Assembly (NCBI GenBank): GCA_964016885.1
Contig: OZ024753.1
Coordinates: 15,624,001 to 15,688,000, forward strand
Origin: Eledone cirrhosa
Lineage: Eukaryota
Direction of reading: 5' to 3'
DNA: 64,000 nt
Shown here: piece after piece, positions 56,179-64,000 of the stretch
Layout of the letters: each line of letters starts with the position of its first letter
Numbering within the stretch: position 1 is the stretch's first letter
Translations under genes and position numbers: made by a program
Notes under the pieces: model-generated
Told to the model about the DNA's origin: nothing
Database searches by the model: none
Seen by the model: only the letters and a program-made list of their open reading frames with translations

Positions 56179-56523
56179 TTCATCTCTATACACTATGTTT
56201 TTTCTTGGTATGAAAATGCAAGCGATCAACATTATTGCATGAATAATTATAAGATGTTACAAACTTTCAACCCTAGAAATATATTCTACTCTACAAATTG
56301 GATTGTTTCTACTAAATAAACACATTTCTTTCTCAAACAAAAGTAATTGCTTCATTTTCCAAGTAATTTATGCAATGAGAAAGAAAATAAGAAAATATAT
56401 GCAGTCATGTATTGGCTGTAGACATTACAGACTACAGCCAAATCTTGTTGGTTCTAAATAATTTGGTGCAAAAATTCAATTTGCATGATAAATGGAATAA
56501 GTGCTTATATATGTGTGTGGGTA

Positions 56524-56555
<32 letters not shown>

Positions 56556-56632
56556 ACGGAGGAAATGTGGTAAGGAACCGGGTGGACCATAACGCACCAA
56601 AGTACTCAATACTTAGGGTAGTAGAGTGGGTA

Positions 56633-56757
56633 ATAGGAATGAGTAGGACCCCGACGGCTGAGCTCAAGCCGTTTCGACGGCTAATTCTGGACTAAAATCT
56701 TAATCCAGAATTAGCCGTCGAAACGGCTTGAGCTCAGCCGTCGGGGTCCTACTCGTT

Positions 56758-56762
<5 letters not shown>
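56633..56762. repeat. 130-bp palindrome made of two hammerhead 3' halves
   Basis: 56641-56691 is the exact reverse complement of 56704-56754. Each arm reads GAAA-CGGCT-tgagctc-AGCC-GTC-ggggt outward. Confidence 0.9.
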
Positions 56763-56816
<54 letters not shown>

Positions 56817-56846
56817 AGATCAAAAGATGATTAAAAGAGTTCCAAG

Positions 56847-56917
56847 TATTTTATTATGCGCATTTCAAAAACAAATATCATCATGGGATGATATCTGCGT
56901 TCTCCTCAGATAAAATA
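56847..56917 (-). ncRNA. Minimal type-I hammerhead ribozyme
   Basis: tattttat-CTGAGGA-gaacgcagatatcatc ccat gatgatatttgttttt-GAAA-tgcgc-ATA-ataaaata; 8-bp stem I; palindromic stem III ATGCGCAT. Confidence 0.75.
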
Positions 56918-56969
56918 GGGAGACATGATATGAAGCTTAAAAACACTTGTGAATAGTGAAGTTTTAAAT

Positions 56970-57020
<51 letters not shown>

Positions 57021-57025
57021 TATAT

Positions 57026-57376
57026 AGGTGCATAGCTTAGTGGTTAGAGCATTGGCCTTGCAATCGAAAGGTTGTGAGTTCAATTCTCAGACCAGGTGAT
57101 GTGTTGTTTCCTTGAGCAAGACACTATATTTCACATTGCTCCAGTTTATGCAGCTGTAGAAAGTCCCACTGCAAAGTGGTCGTGGAGGTGCCACAGCAAA
57201 AAACCACCCAGCCCACACTGTAAAGTGGTCGTGGAGGTGCCACAGCAAAAAACCACCCAGCACTCACTGTAAATGAGGTTGGTGTTAGGAAGGGCATCCA
57301 GCTGTAGAAATCAAGCCAGAATCAGTTCCCCTCCCACCCTTGCAAGCAGGAAAAAGTGTACGTAAAATGATGATGA
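57026..57376 (+). mobile_element. tRNA-derived SINE with an internal 49-bp duplication
   Basis: Matches 4213-4546. The module CACTG(C/T)AAAGTGGTCGTGGAGGTGCCACAGCAAAAAACCACCCAGC occurs twice. Confidence 0.9.
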
Positions 57377-57511
57377 TATATATGTATATGTATATATATA
57401 TGTGTGTATATGTATATATATATGTGTATATGTGCATACATTTATATATATGTAGGGGATCCCAAAGGAGCACTGAGTGCAATGTCAACTCTGGATGTCG
57501 GTGAGCATGTC

Positions 57512-58910
57512 CAATACACTATATATACATTCAACAAACAATACACTATATATACATTATATATACATTCAACAAACAATACACTATATATACATTATAT
57601 ATACATTCAACAAACTATACACTATATATACATTCAACAAACAATACACTATATATACATTATATATACATTCAACAAACAATACACTATATATACATTA
57701 TATATACATTCAACAAACAATACACTATATATACATTATATATACATTCAACAAACAATACACTATATATACATTATATATACATTCAGCAAACAATACA
57801 CTATATATACATTATATATACATTCAACAAACAATACACTATATATACATTATATATACATTATATATACATTCAACAAACAATACACTATATATACATT
57901 ATATATACATTCAACAAACAATACACTATATATACATTATATATACATTCAACAAACAATACACTATATATACATTATATATACATTCAACAAACAATAC
58001 ACTATATATACATTATATATACATTCAACAAACAATACACTATATATACATTATATATACATTCAACAAACAATACACTATATATACATTATATATACAT
58101 TCAACAAACAATACACTATATATACATTATATATACATTCAGCAAACAATACACTATATATACATTATATATACATTCAACAAACAATACACTATATATA
58201 CATTATATATACATTCAACAAACAATACATTATATATACATTCAACAAACAATACACTATATATACATTATATATACATTCAACAAACAATACACTATAT
58301 ATACATTATATATACATTCAGCAAACAATACACTATATATACATTATATATACATTCAACAAACAATACACTATATATACATTATATATACATTCAACAA
58401 ACAATACACTATATATACATTATATATACATTCAGCAAACAATACACTATATATACATTATATATACATTCAGCAAACAATACACTATATATACATTATA
58501 TATACATTCAATAAACAATACACTATATATACATTATATATACATTCAAAAAACAATACACTATATATACATTATATATACATTCAGCAAACAATACACT
58601 ATATATACATTCATATATACATTCAACAAACAATACACTATATATACATTATATATACATTCAACAAACAATACACTATATATACATTATATATACATTC
58701 AGCAAACAATACACTATATATACATTATATATACATTCAACAAACAATACACTATATATACATTATATATACATTCAACAAATAATACACTATATATACA
58801 TTATATATACATTCAACAAACAATACACTATATATACATTATATATATACATTCAACAAACAATACATTATATATACATTCAGCAAACAATACACTATAT
58901 ATACATTCAC
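57512..58910. repeat. 38-bp minisatellite AATACACTATATATACATTATATATACATTCAACAAAC
   Basis: Period 38 (ATACACTATA at 57541 and 57579); built from 11-bp TATATATACAT subunits. Confidence 0.95.
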
Positions 58911-59041
58911 ATATATATCGCTATTTCAGAGCACCAATTCTACTTTTCAATTTTTGCTGGACCGGCAACCACTCTGTATAATCAGTTCCTGATTATTACT
59001 GGAATTCTATAAGAATCCAACATTCATAATTTTCAACAAGC

Positions 59042-59107
59042 AGGGAGAGTGCTAAGCTCTGAGGAATACCAACAGTATGAAACAGAGATCTGTCAGCTTA
59101 TCTCCCT
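59042..59107 (+). ncRNA. Canonical type-I hammerhead ribozyme
   Basis: Stem I AGGGAGA-gtgc-TAAGCT pairs with AGCTTA-TCTCCCT; core CTGAGGA (59059-65); stem II ATAC-caaca-GTAT; GAAA (59079-82); stem III ACAG-agat-CTGT; GTC site with predicted cleavage after 59094. Confidence 0.85.
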
Positions 59108-59244
59108 TTGTTTGTTGAAAAAAGAAGTAAGTGACATAGTCACTACTTTAAAACAATAGCGTAAGGTCTTCAAAATGCTTTTAATTAAGCATACAGTTTA
59201 TTGCAAAATACACTATGTATACATACATATATATATATATATAT

Positions 59245-59836
59245 TTATATATAAAAAACATGTGAAGAAAGAATACTGCGTGGTTGCACATGGGTTACAT
59301 ATGATAAAAATAGTCCTTCGTCAGTGATTTTCCAACCATCATTGGTATTTCATCGCTTTAAAAATCATATACCTCCAGTTGGTGCGAGCAATAGCTAAAT
59401 AAAGCTATTGGGACAAGTAAATCGCATAAAGCAAGCGAGACAAGTAAACAAACATAGAAGGATAGCAATGCAAAGATAGGAAAAAACAAGCACATGGGAG
59501 TCCGATCAGCTTAAACTGTGTGGATTTCATGGGCGAGAGAGAGAGCAGACCGTCCGACGCAAGTGAGGTGTGAGCAAGAAGAGAACCCACTACAGGCCAA
59601 ACGGGAGGAAGTGAGAAGGAGAGAAGCAGAGAGTGAGTGAGTGGAAGTGCGAGGAAGAGGCCAGTCGAGAGAAAGTGTAACTGACAGAGGAGGCGAAAGA
59701 AGGTGAGGGAAACAGAGAGAGCGGGGAAGCAGTAAGAGAGAAACAGACAAATGCACTGGGGAAATTATATATAAAAAACATGAGAAGAATGAATACTGCG
59801 TGGTTGCACATGGGTTACATATGATAAAAATAGTCC

Positions 59837-59837
<1 letters not shown>
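59245..59837. mobile_element. 520-bp unit with 73-bp terminal direct repeat, inserted in (TA)n
   Basis: 59245-59317 recurs at 59765-59837 with 2 mismatches; (TA)n on both flanks; non-coding. Confidence 0.65.
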
Positions 59838-59869
<32 letters not shown>

Positions 59870-59889
59870 ATACGTATATACATTCACAA

Positions 59890-59927
<38 letters not shown>

Positions 59928-60868
59928 CACTGCCTTGCTAGAAGAAAAAGATGATGATGATGGTAATAATAGATAATTTATTTTGTATTTCTTGAGAATA
60001 TTATGGAGATCAAACCACTTGATAAATAAACATTCTTCCCAAACTAATTGTGGATTTACATGTTGAATTATTATCGAGTTGTTGCAATGTTCAGAATATA
60101 ATACTTGCAGAAATACACACACACACACACATATGTATATATATATATATACATATACACACATATATATATGCGTATGTGTGTGTATATATATATATAT
60201 AATGAATATATATATAATGAATATATATATAATGAATATATATATATAAATGCATATTTACATATATAGCTATGTGCATATATATATATATATATTCACA
60301 TACATATATACATAAACAAACAAACAAATATACTTGTGTGTGTATGTGTCTGTATGTGTGTGTATGTGTTTATGTATAATATTTCTACATTTAATGAAAA
60401 CAATTTGAATGAACAACATTTATTCAGAAGCTAAGCTCCATATTAAAATTCTTAGACATTCAAATTCCACGCTATTTATCCCTCGTATGCTAATCATATT
60501 GGCGTTTTACCTCTTTTAAAATCTTTCTTTGCCGTAATAAGGAAAATTACATTTTTTTTACAATAATTTAAATAATGTTTTGACTGATAAAAACCAATCC
60601 TAATTAACAATAATATACGCAGGCATAATTGTTTGAATGAGGAATTTAGTCGACAGCCACAGAGTTTCATGTTCAGCCTCACTATGTGGCACCTTGGTCA
60701 AGTATCTTCTATAGTTACAGCCCTGCTAATGTAGAGGGACATTTGGTAGACTAAAACTGCAGAAGTACCTCATATACATGTCTCTCTCTCCTTCTCTCTC
60801 TCTCTCTGTATATATATATATATATATACGATATTAATAAATGGAAACTATATTTATAAAACCATATT

Positions 60869-60931
60869 TATTTCATTATACATATTTCAGCGATACCACA
60901 TTAAATTATGGTATGCCTTCATCAGACAATG
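60869..60931 (-). ncRNA. Minimal type-I hammerhead (stem I eroded)
   Basis: CTGATGA-aggcataccataatttaatgtggtatcgct-GAAA-tatgt-ATA-atgaaata; same family and 3' flank as 62373-62438. Confidence 0.55.
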
Positions 60932-61042
60932 TCTGTTTCCATTTATTAATATCGTATATCTACTCCAAAAATTTGTCGAGTGCTTTATGTCGGTTATAAA
61001 AATATTTACTTGTTGTATCCCAACAACTTTAAATAGAACTTT

Positions 61043-61104
<62 letters not shown>

Positions 61105-61144
61105 TTCAAAATATTAACAAAATAGATATTCTTGTGATCAATTA

Positions 61145-61211
61145 TATTTTATTATACATATTTCAGAGGTACTGAGTTAAGTTTAACAGTACGTCCTCAT
61201 CAGATAAAATA
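61145..61211 (-). ncRNA. Minimal type-I hammerhead ribozyme
   Basis: tattttat-CTGATGA-ggacgtactgttaaacttaactcagtacctct-GAAA-tatgt-ATA-ataaaata. Confidence 0.75.
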
Positions 61212-61365
61212 GGATGATGCATGACATACCCTGACATGTTACATGGTTAAGATTCAGTCATGGTAGTGATTAACATATTACAAAATTCAATATTTATACC
61301 CTAATATTGAGAACATGAGATAACATAATGCAAACAATAGAGAGGGTATGTACAAACATTGCTAC

Positions 61366-61412
61366 TGCTCTGATGATTCCAAACGATAGTTTGGAAAAAA
61401 CGATTGTCAGCA
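61366..61412 (+). ncRNA. Type-I hammerhead, probably inactive (G12->A)
   Basis: tgct-CTGATGA-ttccaaac gata gtttggaa-AAAA-cgatt-GTC-agca; perfect 8-bp stem II. Confidence 0.55.
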
Positions 61413-61610
61413 AGAAAATGATTTGAACATAGCTTTCATTATTGTGTAATTTATATATATATATATAACCAAAGATTCATATGGTTCATTGATTATTCAA
61501 TGAATATAGTTTTACAATAGATTAAAAGCACTCTACAGTAAATAATTTTCTGGAGTTATTATTATTCAGAATAATAATAAATGAAGACATTCACATAATC
61601 AAAATATATG

Positions 61611-61672
61611 TTTTATTATATATATTTCGAAGGTACTGTGCTGTTTTTTCAGTATGTCCTCGTCAGATAAAA
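61611..61672 (-). ncRNA. Minimal type-I hammerhead ribozyme
   Basis: ttttat-CTGACGA-ggacatactgaaaaaacagcacagtaccttc-GAAA-tatat-ATA-ataaaa. Confidence 0.75.
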
Positions 61673-61711
61673 TACATGAATTGATGTATATGTCATACAT
61701 CAATTCATTTA

Positions 61712-61775
61712 TTTTATCTGACGAGGACATACTGAAAAAACAGCACAGTATCTTCGAAATATATATATAATAAAA
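61712..61775 (+). ncRNA. Minimal type-I hammerhead ribozyme
   Basis: ttttat-CTGACGA-ggacatactgaaaaaacagcacagtatcttc-GAAA-tatatat-ATA-ataaaa. Confidence 0.75.
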
Positions 61776-61865
61776 CATATATTTTGATTATGTGAATGTC
61801 TTCATTTATTATTATTATGAATACTATATATATATATATATATATATTTATTTATATATAGAGAG

Positions 61866-62281
61866 AGAGAAGACCCGCCTTACCTAAATACAAAGTAAAA
61901 CCTACTACAGTCAGTAGGCATCTCTAACAAAATACACCCCCGTCCCACCACCCCCACCCCATCCACACCACCCCTTTCAATGTAAAGTTATGTTGGTGCC
62001 ACAACATCCAGGCTGAAACAAATGAGATCGTGTAGGTGTCACGACAAAAAAACACACAGTCCACGCTGTAATGTGGCCGTGTAGGCAACACGGTAAAAAC
62101 CTCCCAGCCCCACACTGTAAATGTGGTTGGTGTTAGGAAGAGCATCCAGCTGTAGAAAACCCGCCAGACAGTCCTATGCGAGCAAGACAACCACTCTTGC
62201 CTCAAGTGGGAAACCTCCCGTCCAAACCCATGCAAGCGTGGAACATGGACGTTAAACGATGATGATGATGATGATGATGAT
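61866..62281 (+). mobile_element. RTE LINE 3' end fragment
   Basis: Starts at the EKTRL codons; homologous to 49220-49600 (minus strand); (GAT)n tail. Confidence 0.88.
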
Positions 62282-62372
62282 ATGCAGAGGTTCCTATCCA
62301 GAAAGCTCCAACCGCTAGGGTTGTCTTTTTTCAGGGTAAGTCAATATTTATTTATAAAACTAATCTGTATTG

Positions 62373-62438
62373 TATTTTATCTGATGAAAGCACACCATAA
62401 TTTGCCTTGGTGGCCCTTGAAATATGTATAATAAAATA
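62373..62438 (+). ncRNA. Minimal type-I hammerhead ribozyme
   Basis: tattttat-CTGATGA-aagcacaccataatttgccttggtggccctt-GAAA-tatgt-ATA-ataaaata. Confidence 0.7.
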
Positions 62439-62476
62439 AATATGGTTTTATAAATATAGTTTCCATTTGTTAATAT

Positions 62477-62582
<106 letters not shown>

Positions 62583-62797
62583 AAACAGTCAATTGACTAG
62601 ATCCCAGGCCTTTTGAAAGAGCAAGAGATCTTTCATTTAACTATACTCTACTACCCCAAGTATTGAGTACTCTGGTGAGTAATGGTCTGACCATTTTCGT
62701 ATTGTATCTATCTTGATATATATATGTATATATATGTGTAATGTGTCAGTGCATGTATGTGCATGTGTGTGTGTCCATATTTATGTTTATGTTTGTG

Positions 62798-63338
62798 TCA
62801 CCAATACCAGCACCATCATCATCACCACCAACATCACCATCATCTTCCCCATCATCACCACCAGCACCATCACCACCACCACTAGCACCAACACCATCAT
62901 CACCAACATCACCTTCATCATCTTCCCCATCACCACCACCATCACCATCAACCACCATCACCACCATCACCACCAACATCACCATCTTCCCCACCACCAC
63001 CACCGCCATCATCACCATCATCACCAACATCACCTTCATCATCTTCCCCATCACCACCACCATCACCATCATCACCCACCACCACCACCATCACCACCAT
63101 CACCACCAACATCACCATCGTCTTCCCCACCACCACCACCGCCATCATCACCATCATCACCACCATCACCATCATCACCCACCACCACCATCTTTCCCCA
63201 CCACCACCACCGCTATCATCACCAACATCACCTTCATCATCTTCCCCACCACCACCACCATCACCATCATCACCCACTACCACCACCATCACCACCATCA
63301 CCATCAACCACCACCACCATCATCACTTTCATCATCAT
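62798..63338. repeat. Compound (CAT/CAC)n microsatellite with internal duplications
   Basis: Direct reading. Confidence 0.92.
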
Positions 63339-63582
63339 TTAACATCTATTTACATTCTAACATAGACTGGATGGTATCTGTTTCATTTGCTAATATAGAA
63401 ATGATATATTGTTAAATGGTTCGTTTAAGGTGGTTAATTAATTGTGTTAATGTGGGTGTTAGTAGCTGAGTAATTATATTTTTCTGCTGGTCATGGTTTG
63501 TTAAGTTTGTTGTATTCGTTTACCTTTATCTTGATGTTGCATGAGAAGGAATTTCATATATATTATATCATATATATATGCC

Positions 63583-63991
63583 GATCTTACCCAATTACAC
63601 CTCTCAAAGACAATGACACACGACCATGACTTCTAGTGTCACGCAGTAATACAGAGTACCCGACCTCCCATGGGTACAAGCTGAAGCATATAGACAATAT
63701 GCCCCCACACCCCCCACCGCAAGGTGGTCGTGGAGGTGCCACGGCAAAAAAAGAACCCAGCCCACACTGTAAAGTGGACGTGTAGGCGCCACGAAAAAGC
63801 ACCCAGCACTCACTGTAAATGAGGTTGGTGTTAGGAAGGGCATCCAGCTGTAGAAATCAAGCCAGATCAGTTCCTGTATGAGCAAGGCATGGTCAGCCGA
63901 CCAGACACTGCCCACAACGGGAACCCGTCTAACCCATGCTAGCGTGGAAGAACGGACGTAAAACAGTGATGATGATGATGATGATGATGAT
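63583..63991 (+). mobile_element. 3' end of a second RTE subfamily (likely SINE partner)
   Basis: Translates DLTQLHLSKTMTHDHDF*CHAVIQSTR, against DLTHLHLSKTMSLDRDLWRYSVTEKTR in the RTE ORF. The 3' UTR matches the SINE tail and ends in (GAT)n. Confidence 0.82.
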
Positions 63992-64000
63992 ATATATATA

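Larger units (their letters stand above)
61570..61816. repeat. Long palindrome (about 120-bp arms, 5-nt loop) carrying two divergent hammerheads
   Basis: 61570-61689 is a near-perfect reverse complement of 61695-61816. Confidence 0.92.

Noticed and set aside
56596-56606. ACCAAAGTACT shared with the 21-bp satellite as its possible source
   Set aside because: Only 11 bp, which is plausible by chance in this much sequence.

Overview
Repeat-dominated eukaryotic genomic DNA, not prokaryotic. The SINE and LINE families resemble those I recognise from octopus or other coleoid cephalopods (inference). About 60% of the window is tandem DNA: a 24-kb 21-bp satellite and an 11.4-kb 17-bp satellite, both with higher-order structure, plus 47-, 38-, 17- and 13-bp minisatellites and many microsatellites. 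Interspersed elements include a 5'-truncated RTE LINE with an open RT ORF containing a PHD-like finger, a decayed R4-like RLE element, several tRNA-derived SINEs that share the RTE 3' tail, and a mariner-type MITE with three TIRs. The most striking feature is a set of ten type-I hammerhead ribozyme (HHR) motifs, one fully canonical at 59042-59107, eight of them clustered at 56.8-62.5 kb. They lie in short non-coding cassettes between (TA)n tracts, often in inverted or fold-back arrangements, as expected for Penelope-like or retrozyme elements. A weakly supported minus-strand host gene (phase-compatible candidate exons) may span the window with the satellites in its introns. Most long ORFs in the track are repeat artefacts.
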